Assembly (NCBI GenBank): GCA_038245295.1 | Contig: JBBRSP010000001.1 | Location: 352,001-416,000, forward strand | DNA length: 64,000 nucleotides | From: Candidatus Binatia bacterium | GTDB lineage: Bacteria; Desulfobacterota; Binatia; HRBIN30 | Reading direction: 5' to 3' | Part shown: positions 31,429 through 39,968 of the stretch, one piece after another | How the letters are laid out: every line of letters begins with the position of its first letter | How positions within the stretch are numbered: the first letter of the stretch is position 1 | Program-made: the position numbers and the translations under genes | The notes under the pieces: generated by a model | Database searches by the model: none | What the model was told of the DNA's origin: nothing | The model's input: only the letters and a program-made list of their open reading frames with translations

Positions 31429-31902
31429 GTGACGTCAAAGTCCGCCATCCGAGCCGAGTATCCTTTGGGCCCGGCTCTCGATTTCCTGCAGAGGCTGTGG
31501 CAGCTGAACCACGCCCTCGAGAGTCTGTCGAGCCGCATGGAGAAGCGCCTCGGGGTGACGGCTCAACAGCGACTGATCGTTCGCTGTGTCGCGAAATATC
31601 CGGGAATCGCCGCCGGCCAGCTTGCCGCCCTGCTCCACGTCGATCCCGGCACCGTGTCGGCGGCACTCACTCGCCTCGAAGGCAAACACCTCATCGAACG
31701 CCGGCGTGATCAGCCGGACAAGCGGCGTACGTCGGTTGGCCTTACGCCGAAAGCGCGTGCCCTGGATCGACCAACTCGGGGGACTGTCGAGAGCGCCGTC
31801 GAGCGGCTGCTTCAACAGACATCGACGAAACAGATTGGTAACGCCGTCGGGGTGATGGAGAAGCTGACAGAAGCACTGGGAGAAGAACTCGGTGGCGCGT
31901 AA
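31429..31902 (+). CDS. MarR family transcriptional regulator
   Basis: LGVTAQQ...LAALLHVDPGTVSAALTRLEGKHLIERR...DKRR...LTPKA wHTH; GTG start inferred. Confidence 0.9.
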   Translation: MTSKSAIRAEYPLGPALDFLQRLWQLNHALESLSSRMEKRLGVTAQQRLIVRCVAKYPGIAAGQLAALLHVDPGTVSAALTRLEGKHLIERRRDQPDKRRTSVGLTPKARALDRPTRGTVESAVERLLQQTSTKQIGNAVGVMEKLTEALGEELGGA

Positions 31903-32170
31903 ATCGAGCGCCACCGATTCGGTCGCGCAACCGACGATTCTTTTGCGGGTTGCGTCAGGCGCGGAGGTCGGGCGGTTAGCGCTCCGCCGGCTGGTAGGGA
32001 GACGCGCAGGGGCACCCGGCACGCTCCCATATGGCTTTCCGAAGGCAGCGGGTGGGGGCCGCCTGGTGCGTATCGGGAACACTAACACGGTCGTCGAAGC
32101 TGGCTCGACAAGTCGCCAACGGCGCAGGTTGAGCCGGCTTGGTCGGCGGTCAAACTCAGGAGGTAGGCAG

Positions 32171-32872
32171 ATGGTTCACGCTCCACCCAGGTTCATGCAT
32201 CGGCTCGCATCAGTCGCTCTGGTCTTGCTGTGCTTCACGCTCAGAGCAGAGGCGCAAGAAACGCCCACACCGGACCAATCGACCCCGACCGAAGTGGTCC
32301 AGGAAACTCCAACGCCGACACCGGTCGACACTCTCGCTGCCGAAGACACCCCAACCGCCACGGAAACACCGCAAGAGCCAACCGCGACGCCAACCGATAC
32401 ACCCGAAGAGGTTGCGACGGCCACCCCGGACGCCACCAACACTGCCGCCGCGACACCCACCGAGACACCAGCCGAAACGGCGATACCGGAAGGATCGGCG
32501 ACGCCGGAAGAAACCGCCACGCCAACTCTCACCGCGCAGCCTACCGGCTCGGCGACGCCTAGCCCAACCGACGGAGAGCACACCGCAACACCAACCCCAA
32601 CGGAAACGGCGGCAACAGCCACCGAGACCCCGGCGGAGACACCCACGGCGACGGCAACCCCGACCGAAGCGCTCCTGCCGTGCGCCGGCGACTGCGACTC
32701 CTCCGGCACGGTGACCGTCGACGAACTGGTGCTGGCGATCAACATCGGCCTCGGCGAAACACCGCTCGCGGCGTGTGTCGTCGGCGACGTGGATGGCGAC
32801 GGCCGGATCACCGTCGACGAAGTCATCACGGCGGTTGCGATTGCCTTGGATCCGCAGGGCTGCCCACACTAA
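32171..32872 (+). CDS. Secreted Thr/Pro/Glu-rich stalk protein with C-terminal dockerin/EF-hand-like (CxGDC) domain
   Basis: Signal peptide ending RAEA, about 140 aa of TP/ET repeats, then CAGDCDSSGTVTVDELV...GDVDGDGRITVDEVI. Confidence 0.75.
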   Translation: MVHAPPRFMHRLASVALVLLCFTLRAEAQETPTPDQSTPTEVVQETPTPTPVDTLAAEDTPTATETPQEPTATPTDTPEEVATATPDATNTAAATPTETPAETAIPEGSATPEETATPTLTAQPTGSATPSPTDGEHTATPTPTETAATATETPAETPTATATPTEALLPCAGDCDSSGTVTVDELVLAINIGLGETPLAACVVGDVDGDGRITVDEVITAVAIALDPQGCPH

Positions 32873-32880
32873 ACCAGCGC

Positions 32881-32915
32881 GACGGCACTGACGGAAGCAA
32901 TCCGCCAGTGCCGTC
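32881..32915. terminator. Hairpin downstream of the stalk-protein gene
   Basis: gacggcactg (32881-32890) / cagtgccgtc (32906-32915) with inner cgga/tccg pairing. Confidence 0.45.
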
Positions 32916-33123
32916 TGCGTGCCCGGTGTTCCAGCACGCGAACGGGGCGGCCAGGGCGAGGGCGCGCAGCGCGGCGGCCGGATCGGCCGGTGTCGGTGCG
33001 CAGCAGTCGGCCGGCGATCTTGTCGGGCACGACGTGATCCGTATCGGCGTCTCTAATGTCGTAATAGTCGCGAAAGGCCTCGATCCTCGGCAGGAATGGA
33101 ATATTCTTGTCGTGGGCTGCCGC

Positions 33124-33531
33124 TCAGTCGCCACGGACTGGAGCGCGCAGGGCCTTCGTCTCGCCGCGCACGCGTTTGTCGGCGAGCATCTTATCTTTGG
33201 AGCGCCGCGAGCGGCGCCGCTTCTGGCGTTTGACCTTGGCGATGCGTTCGGCTTCGGCGCTTTGCTTGCCGAGGATGGCGCGTTCGATCCTGTCGGTGAG
33301 CAGAACACGGGCGCGGTAGCGGTTGAGAGCCTGGGAGCGCTCTTCCTGGCATTTGACCATCGTGCCGCTGGGGCGATGCACCAAGACGACGCACGTCGCA
33401 ACTTTGTTGACGTTCTGCCCACCTTTGCCACCAGAGCGTATGAAGGTCTCGTCGACGTCGGCTTCTGAAATGCCGAAGCGTTCCATTCGATCGGCGAGCG
33501 CCTGGGCCTTGGCTGAGCTTACGGGAAACAT
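33124..33531 (-). CDS. Codon-independent peptidyl-tRNA hydrolase / release-factor-like protein (GGQ domain only)
   Basis: ETFIRSGGKGGQNVNKVAT, ERSQALNR and a basic C-terminal tail; the ORF extends to TTG 33546. Confidence 0.88.
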   Translation of the reverse strand: MFPVSSAKAQALADRMERFGISEADVDETFIRSGGKGGQNVNKVATCVVLVHRPSGTMVKCQEERSQALNRYRARVLLTDRIERAILGKQSAEAERIAKVKRQKRRRSRRSKDKMLADKRVRGETKALRAPVRGD

Positions 33532-33656
33532 GCGGCGGTTCTTCAAATCGACGGCTAGCAGTAGGTCTGCGGCCGTGAAAGGTGACGCCGCCCCGCGCCT
33601 CTTGCGTCGCTGATGTGGTGCGCCTAGTGGAAATGTGTCGGCACGTCCGGCAAAGT

Positions 33657-34676
33657 ATGACAGCGATGCGGCAAACCCTGCGAGAACTTACCCTGCGAGT
33701 GGCGTCCCTGGTCGGGCTCGGCTTCAGCACCCTGCTGGTGGCCGAGTATCAAGCGCCCTCCGCCGCCGCCTGCGCCCCGGGTGGCGGCTGTGGCATCGTT
33801 CGCCTGTCGGCATACTCGCATCTCTTTGGCATCCCGCTGCCAATCGTCGGAACGACCTTCTTTCTGGGCGTGCTGGCCATTGCCTCGGTGCCGCGCACGC
33901 GACGCTGGCTGCCTTTGATCGGGGCGCTGAGTGTTCTCGCCGGGCTGGTCTTCGTCGCCATCCAGGCGTTCGTGTTGCACGCCTTTTGTCCGCTTTGCTT
34001 GATGGTCGATGGCGCGGCGCTGCTTCTCGGCATTGCGGCGCTGACGAGCGGCGGATCCACAACGACTCGGCCAACGGTGCTGGGCGTGATGGCTCAGACG
34101 GTGGCAGCGCTGGCCGTCACGGTGGGCGCGGTTCTATGGCATGCGAACCAGACTCCATCAGACCTCCACGGCGAGCTCCCGGCGCTGGTGCAGATCGAAC
34201 AGAAGCCGAACGTCGTCACCATCGTCGAGTTTGTCGATTTCGAATGCCCCGCCTGTCGCGAACAGTACGGGCAGTTCTGCAATGTTCTGGGCGACTACCC
34301 TGGGACTATCAATGTTGTCGTCAAGAACATGCCGCTGTCGCAGCATCAACATGCCGAGGACGCGGCGCGCGCCTATTGCTGCGCTGCGGAGAACGGTGAC
34401 CCCCACGCGATGGCCGACCGCCTATTCGTCGCCGACAAGCTCGGTCCCGAAGACTGTGAGGATATCGCCGTCGACCTCGGCATGAACCGCGACGACTTTC
34501 GCCGCTGCGTTGACTCGCCGCAGGTAACGCAACGCCTCGATGCCGACCGCGAGGCGGCAAAGGATGCTGGAATCCGGGCTCTGCCGACGTTCTGGATCGG
34601 CACGGAGCGCTTCGAGGGCGTGCATGACGGGGCGGTGTTACGTTCGAGCATTGATCGCGCGCTGGGGCGTGGCTGA
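33657..34676 (+). CDS. VKOR-DsbA/thioredoxin fusion
   Basis: VKOR loop CAPGGGC, FCPLC CxxC and about 5 TM segments; DsbA part IVEFVDFECPAC...GIRALPTF. Confidence 0.85.
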   Translation: MTAMRQTLRELTLRVASLVGLGFSTLLVAEYQAPSAAACAPGGGCGIVRLSAYSHLFGIPLPIVGTTFFLGVLAIASVPRTRRWLPLIGALSVLAGLVFVAIQAFVLHAFCPLCLMVDGAALLLGIAALTSGGSTTTRPTVLGVMAQTVAALAVTVGAVLWHANQTPSDLHGELPALVQIEQKPNVVTIVEFVDFECPACREQYGQFCNVLGDYPGTINVVVKNMPLSQHQHAEDAARAYCCAAENGDPHAMADRLFVADKLGPEDCEDIAVDLGMNRDDFRRCVDSPQVTQRLDADREAAKDAGIRALPTFWIGTERFEGVHDGAVLRSSIDRALGRG

Positions 34677-34711
34677 TCATTTCGTCGGATACGAAGCGGG
34701 CGGGGCTGGCA

Positions 34712-35590
34712 GTGCGACGCATCGGGGTCGATTTGGGCGGCACGAAGATCGAAGCCGTTGTGCTCGACGAAACGAACACGGTGCTGCTGCGCGAACGCCT
34801 GCCGACCGAAGCCGACAAGGGGTACGACCATATCCTGAATCAGATCCACGCTCTGGTGCAGCGTTGCCGTGCGGTGGTCCCGGCGGCGACTGCCATCGGC
34901 ATGGGAACGCCGGGATCGGTGTCGTCGCGCACCGGGGCGATGAAGAACTGTAACACGACTTGTTTGAACGACCGCTTCCTCTGGCAAGACCTGGAGGCGC
35001 GTTTGCAGATGACCGTGCGCATGGAGAATGACGCCAACCTCTTTGCCCTCGCCGAGGCGCATGCCGGAGCGGGGCAGGGGTATGATGTCGTTTTTGGCGT
35101 CATCATGGGTACGGGAGTCGGCGGTGGCATCGTCATCAACGGCAAGCTGCACCGCGGCCGTCAGTGCTTGGCCGGCGAGTGGGGGCATCACTGCTTGGAT
35201 CCATCCGGGCCGCGTTGTTACTGCGGCCAGTATGGTTGCGCCGAGATGTACCTCGCCGGGCCGGTGCTCGAGCGCCAGTACCGGGAGGCCCTGGGCCGCG
35301 AAACATCAACTGCCGAGTTGGTCGCCGCATATCGCCGCGGTGACAGTGCGGCGACCGAGATCATGAAGGAGTTCTTCCGCCGTTTCGGTCGCGCCGTCGC
35401 TAACGTCATCGCCATCCTCGACCCGGATGTCTTCGTGCTCGGCGGCGGCCTGTCGAATATCGACGAGCTCTACTCTTTCGGCCGCCAGTCCATCGGCGAG
35501 GTGATGTTCAACGACGAGTTCCGCACGCCCATCGTGCGCAACCAACTCGGCGACTCCGCCGGCGTCATCGGCGCGGCGTTGCTCGTCTGA
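34712..35590 (+). CDS. ROK family sugar kinase (Mak/fructokinase-like)
   Basis: GVDLGGTK, MENDAN, GTGVGGG, AGEWGH and CYCG..GC zinc motif. Confidence 0.92.
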   Translation: MRRIGVDLGGTKIEAVVLDETNTVLLRERLPTEADKGYDHILNQIHALVQRCRAVVPAATAIGMGTPGSVSSRTGAMKNCNTTCLNDRFLWQDLEARLQMTVRMENDANLFALAEAHAGAGQGYDVVFGVIMGTGVGGGIVINGKLHRGRQCLAGEWGHHCLDPSGPRCYCGQYGCAEMYLAGPVLERQYREALGRETSTAELVAAYRRGDSAATEIMKEFFRRFGRAVANVIAILDPDVFVLGGGLSNIDELYSFGRQSIGEVMFNDEFRTPIVRNQLGDSAGVIGAALLV

Positions 35591-35675
35591 GCTTGGGGGC
35601 ACGCTTCGATGGGCTCAGCCTAAGCGGTTGATTGGACAGGGCGAAGCCGCGAGCTCGGCTCGTCGAAGGGTCGGC

Positions 35676-36110
35676 TTAGAGCAATCTGATCAGCAGACTT
35701 ACCCACAACACGAGCAACACGAAGGTGCTGGCGAAGTACAGCGAGAAGCGCACCGGCACGTTGTTCGACGTGAGATGCACGAGGCTGTGTAGGTAGCGCA
35801 GCACGACGTATCCCCAGGCCAGGCCGATCATCCAGTAATTTACCTGGTTGGTGACGTAGGTCAGGATGACGCCGACGTAGAACAGCAGCGGCATTTCGAA
35901 CAGGTTGATGTAATGCCGCGACACCACCCTCAGCGCCTCGGGCTCCTGACCCTCGGGGTAGTCGCGATAGAACTCGGCGCTGATTTCCTTGTTGCGAATC
36001 GCCGCGAACCGCATGCTGCGAAGGCGCAGCAGCACCAAGCCGGTCAAGAAGAACATCGCGAAGATCGGGAAGAGAATCTGCGTCCGCGGATCGCCCGTCA
36101 TGCCCCCCAT
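35676..36110 (-). CDS. MAPEG family membrane protein
   Basis: SRHYINLFEMPLLFY and RYLHSLVH; four TM segments. Confidence 0.85.
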   Translation of the reverse strand: MGGMTGDPRTQILFPIFAMFFLTGLVLLRLRSMRFAAIRNKEISAEFYRDYPEGQEPEALRVVSRHYINLFEMPLLFYVGVILTYVTNQVNYWMIGLAWGYVVLRYLHSLVHLTSNNVPVRFSLYFASTFVLLVLWVSLLIRLL

Positions 36111-36170
36111 CCTTACAACGAACGCCCCGCCCGGGAAAAGGGGACAGGACCCTTTTCCACCGCCTGGTGA

Positions 36171-37550
36171 TCAACGCGGCCGTTGGCGGCGTGGCGGTTG
36201 CGGGTGGCGGCTTGGCTCGGGGCCGCGGGGCCTGTCGGAGGGACCCGACTGTGGGCGCGGTCCGGAAGGCGCCGCCACTGGCTGCGGACCACTGCGGCGC
36301 GGCGCATCGGTGTGTGCGGCACGCCGTTCGGCGTTGGCTTTGGCACGAGCTCGCTCCGCTGCCTTGGTGGCACGGATCACGGCGATGCGTTCGGCGATCG
36401 GAATCTCGAGGCGCGTCTGCGGTCGGGCGTTGTAGTCGAAGTCGGGGACCACGACGCGTGGCAGGCGTTTGCCGACGGCGCGTTCGATACGCGTCAGGTC
36501 GCCTTCCTCTTCGCGCGACACGAAGGTGAAGGCTTCTCCCGTGGCATCCGCACGTCCGGTGCGGCCGACACGATGGATGTAATCTTCGGGCACTAGCGGC
36601 ACATCGAAGTTCACGACATGCTGCAGCGCCTCGATATCGATGCCGCGCGCCGCGATGTCGGTGGCGACCAGCACCTGGTACTTGCCGCCCTTGAAGCCGG
36701 CGAGGGCCTCGGTGCGCTGTGGCTGAGAGCGGCCGCCGTGGATACGCTCCGCCTTGATGCCCCTCTGCACCAGGTGCGCTTGCAGGCGGTTGGCGCGGTG
36801 CTTCGTGCGGGTGAAAGCCAACACCTCGCGGATTTCGCCGCGCTCGAGCAGGGTGAGAAGGAGGGCCGCCTTCAGCTCTTGTGGTACCGGGTAGACTGCT
36901 TGCGTAATGCCGACGGCTGGTGTCGAACGGCGCTCGCGGTTGATCGTTACCGGGTTATGCAACATCTCGTGCGCCAGGGTGGCGATCGGCGGCGGCATGG
37001 TGGCGCTGAAGAACAAGGTCTGGCGTTTGGTCGGGATGTGGCGCAGGACACGCCGGATGTCCGGTAGGAAACCCATATCGAGCATGCGGTCGGCTTCGTC
37101 CAGGACCAGGTACTCGAGGCCGAGAAGCTTCCCGTACGAAGCGCGGAAGTGATCGAGCAGACGACCAGGGCAGGCAACCAGGACATCGACGCCGCTACGG
37201 AACGCATGCTCCTGCGGACCCATGCCGACGCCGCCGAAGACGGCGGCCGCGGTGATCGGTGTATGGACCGCCAGATCGTTCAGGTCCTCGACGATCTGTG
37301 CTGCCAGCTCGCGCGTTGGGGTAAGCACCAAGGCGCGTGTCGTGCCGCGCGGTTTATCGAGTAAGCGCTGCAGGATGGGCAGGAGAAAGGCGGCGGTCTT
37401 GCCGCTGCCGGTGGTGGCACAGGCCAGAATGTCGCGACCTTCCAAGGCCGGCGGAATGGCGTCGGCTTGAATCGGCGTCGGACGGACGAAGCCGAGATCC
37501 TTTAGACCGTGGAGGAGGTTCGGGTGAAGGTTGAGTTTGGAGAACGGCAT
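36171..37550 (-). CDS. rhlE: DEAD-box RNA helicase (RhlE-like)
   Basis: PTPIQ, TGSGKT, PTRELA, DEAD, SAT, ARGID and HRVGRTGR motifs. Confidence 0.92.
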   Translation of the reverse strand: MPFSKLNLHPNLLHGLKDLGFVRPTPIQADAIPPALEGRDILACATTGSGKTAAFLLPILQRLLDKPRGTTRALVLTPTRELAAQIVEDLNDLAVHTPITAAAVFGGVGMGPQEHAFRSGVDVLVACPGRLLDHFRASYGKLLGLEYLVLDEADRMLDMGFLPDIRRVLRHIPTKRQTLFFSATMPPPIATLAHEMLHNPVTINRERRSTPAVGITQAVYPVPQELKAALLLTLLERGEIREVLAFTRTKHRANRLQAHLVQRGIKAERIHGGRSQPQRTEALAGFKGGKYQVLVATDIAARGIDIEALQHVVNFDVPLVPEDYIHRVGRTGRADATGEAFTFVSREEEGDLTRIERAVGKRLPRVVVPDFDYNARPQTRLEIPIAERIAVIRATKAAERARAKANAERRAAHTDAPRRSGPQPVAAPSGPRPQSGPSDRPRGPEPSRHPQPPRRQRPR

Positions 37551-37789
37551 ACGCTTCCTCGACTACCACCGATTGCATTGACACGCGAGGTGTGGAGGAT
37601 GACGGCGCCGTTCCGCAGCGCAGCGTTGGAGCCCCAACCGCGCAGGCTAAAGAGGCTCACCCCTCCACGAACTCGGGGCGAGTGCAGAACAAACTTTGAA
37701 ATCAACTAAGCAACCGCTCAGGCTGATTCTGTCGAAGCCGGCTCCGCAAGTTTTAAGACAGTCCCTTTAGCCTGCGTTGCGAAGTTTAC

Positions 37790-38431
37790 TCAGTGCGGCC
37801 GGCGTGTTGGTCGCGGTGGCCGTGGCACACGAGTCGGCCGCGGCGGGCGGCCATTGCCGGTGCTGCTGGTGAGGCAATCCCCCGGCGTCGTGCCGAAGCC
37901 AGGCGTGGCGTGCGACGAGCACGTGCAGTCGGCGCAGAACAGGGCTTCGTCGCCGAAGTCCTTCAGGCAACTCAATTCATCAATCTGATTGCCACACAGG
38001 TAGGGATGCGGGCCGGGACGCGAGGTATTGATACGGCAGCAACCGCGACGGGATAGGGGTGTCTGTGTTGCCGTTGCCGTTGGCGTCGCCGTAGCGGTAG
38101 CGGTACGCGTCGGCGTGGTCTGCGGGACGCATTCGCCGCGGTCGAAGGTGAAGCCGGGTTCACGATGCGACGAGCAATCACACTGCAGGCAGAAGTGTGC
38201 GCGGTTGCCGAACGAAGCAAAACAATCGGATTGCTTGATGCGGTTGCCGCAGATCGGTGCGTCGGTGCTCGAGGTGCCGTCGACCTGACAGCAACCCTCC
38301 GGTTCGGGAGTCGCGGTACGTGTGGGCGATACCGATGGGGTGGGCGTTTCCCGGTGCCGGTCGGCCGACGCTGCCGTTACAAGGCTGAGACTCACTCCCA
38401 CGATCACCGACAAGAATGCCGATTTGCTCAT
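37790..38431 (-). CDS. Secreted protein with two 8-Cys repeat domains, TP linkers and an Arg/Pro tail
   Basis: Signal peptide MSKSAFLSVIVGVSLSLVTAASA; clear internal duplication; GGGGAG RBS before ATG 38431. Confidence 0.75.
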   Translation of the reverse strand: MSKSAFLSVIVGVSLSLVTAASADRHRETPTPSVSPTRTATPEPEGCCQVDGTSSTDAPICGNRIKQSDCFASFGNRAHFCLQCDCSSHREPGFTFDRGECVPQTTPTRTATATATPTATATQTPLSRRGCCRINTSRPGPHPYLCGNQIDELSCLKDFGDEALFCADCTCSSHATPGFGTTPGDCLTSSTGNGRPPRPTRVPRPPRPTRRPH

Positions 38432-38576
38432 CCCGACTCCCCTTCGTGCTCGCTGTCTACGTAGGTTGCGAGGCGCGTCGAAGTCAAGCCAATGATTGCA
38501 TCGCTTGGCACCTCTGGTCGGCGCCACGGAGTGGTGGGCTCGAACTCTAGGGGCACTTGGCCAAGAGAATGGCGAC

Positions 38577-38954
38577 CTACGAAACGATGTCGACGCCATA
38601 GCTTGCGAACTTTGTGTCTATCGTCACAACCGGAACGCGCAGTTGCTTCGCCGTCGCGATGATGAAGCGGTCGCAGGGGTCTCGGTGATGGAGAGGCAGC
38701 AACGCCGCCGCTGCGCAGAGGTTTGAATCGAGTCCAATCTCGGTCAGCGAGTAACGCTTGGCGACGCTTCGAACCCAGGCCTGGGGCTGGAGTGGCAACT
38801 CCAGTTTGTCGTCGCGCCACTTCAGGGCGATCTCAAACGCGCTGATGGAGCAAAACCAAAGCGTCTTGGCCTCGGCTATCCGTTTGCGAGCCCGGGCGCT
38901 CAGCCGCCGATCGCCGCTTGGCAGGAAGAGGAGGGCGCACGTGTCGAGAATCAT
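38577..38954 (-). CDS. vapC: VapC/PIN-domain toxin
   Basis: MILDTCALL...SISAFEI...HHRDPCDRFIIA...VTID. Confidence 0.9.
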   Translation of the reverse strand: MILDTCALLFLPSGDRRLSARARKRIAEAKTLWFCSISAFEIALKWRDDKLELPLQPQAWVRSVAKRYSLTEIGLDSNLCAAAALLPLHHRDPCDRFIIATAKQLRVPVVTIDTKFASYGVDIVS

Positions 38955-39184
38955 CGCCGCATAGCCGGCCAATCCTTCTCGTCAATTTCTTCGATTGGGT
39001 CGTATTTGATGCGGATCTTGCCGAGCTTCGCATCCGGCGTGCGCCGCTCAATCGGTTGATGAGGGACGAGATCTGCCACCGGCTTGCCGTTGCGGCAGAT
39101 CACGATGCGAATCCCACGTTGCTCGATCTCAAGGAGCAGCCCCGACAGGTTGCTCTTGGCCTCGTGCACGTTGATCGTCTTCAT
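38951..39184 (-). CDS. Phd/YefM family antitoxin
   Basis: MKTINVHEAKSNLSGLL...ICRNGKPVADL; ATGA overlap with the toxin. Confidence 0.9.
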   Translation of the reverse strand: MKTINVHEAKSNLSGLLLEIEQRGIRIVICRNGKPVADLVPHQPIERRTPDAKLGKIRIKYDPIEEIDEKDWPAMRR

Positions 39185-39211
39185 GGGCAACGGTTAGCCC
39201 GCTTAGTCTAC

Positions 39212-39805
39212 TCAGTCAACAAACTCGCGTTCGGGCCTCTGCTGTTTGTACCAGGCGGCGTCAAAAATGGTTGCCCCCTTGGCCAGTCCCTTCTGCTCGA
39301 AACGTGTCAGCCCCATTCGCGGCGAACGGCGCTCGGGGTCGCGCCGCAGTGTAGGCACGGTGGCAGCAGATTTGACGATGTCGTTGAACACCCGTTCGAC
39401 GTCGGTGGCGACGTAGAGGTAGCTGCCGGGGATGAGGGCGCGCTCGATCGCTTGCGCGAAGGCAGGGATGAACAGGCGGCGATGGTGATGGCGGCGCTTC
39501 CACCACGGATCGGGGAAGTAGACGTGGATGGCTTGTACGCAGGCTTCGGGGAGCACGTTGGGGATGACGCACCCGGCATCGGCCCGGATGACGCGACCGT
39601 TCGGTAGGTTGCGCGCCTCGACCAGTTTTTGCAGCGACGTGGTTCGTGTCGTCGAGTGTTCGATGCCGAGGTAGTTGACGCCCGGGTTCGCCGAGGCCGC
39701 ACTCAAGAAGAACGTACCGGTACCGGGGCCGACTTCGATTTCCACCGGATTGGTGCTGCCGAAGAGCTCGGCCCAGAAAGACTTGGCGTCGATAGGTGCG
39801 TGCAT
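39212..39805 (-). CDS. trmB: tRNA (guanine-N7)-methyltransferase
   Basis: EIEVGPGTG, YFPDPWWKRRHHHRRL, ATD and TRFEQK motifs. Confidence 0.85.
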   Translation of the reverse strand: MHAPIDAKSFWAELFGSTNPVEIEVGPGTGTFFLSAASANPGVNYLGIEHSTTRTTSLQKLVEARNLPNGRVIRADAGCVIPNVLPEACVQAIHVYFPDPWWKRRHHHRRLFIPAFAQAIERALIPGSYLYVATDVERVFNDIVKSAATVPTLRRDPERRSPRMGLTRFEQKGLAKGATIFDAAWYKQQRPEREFVD

Positions 39806-39968
39806 AGGGATCCGTGCGATGTCCTCTTTTTCAAAGCTCGAATGGATGAGCCGCGGCTGGGAGGAGGTAGGCTGAGGGTTGTCGCTGCTCCCTATGGCTA
39901 GCCGAATAAAACCGCGCGCCGTCTCTCAAGAATCTCACTTCACCTTACAAGTCAGCGATCGCCATGGA

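Noticed and set aside
32270..32670. Repetitive DNA as a possible CRISPR array or VNTR
   Set aside because: It is Thr/Pro codon repetition inside a CDS. No constant repeat with unique spacers and no cas genes anywhere in the window.
32880..33120. Possible small ORF between the stalk protein and the GGQ factor
   Set aside because: No convincing start, RBS or motif in any frame I read.
38577..39190. Defence island or prophage around vapBC
   Set aside because: No integrase, phage, restriction or other defence genes adjacent; the flanks are housekeeping genes.
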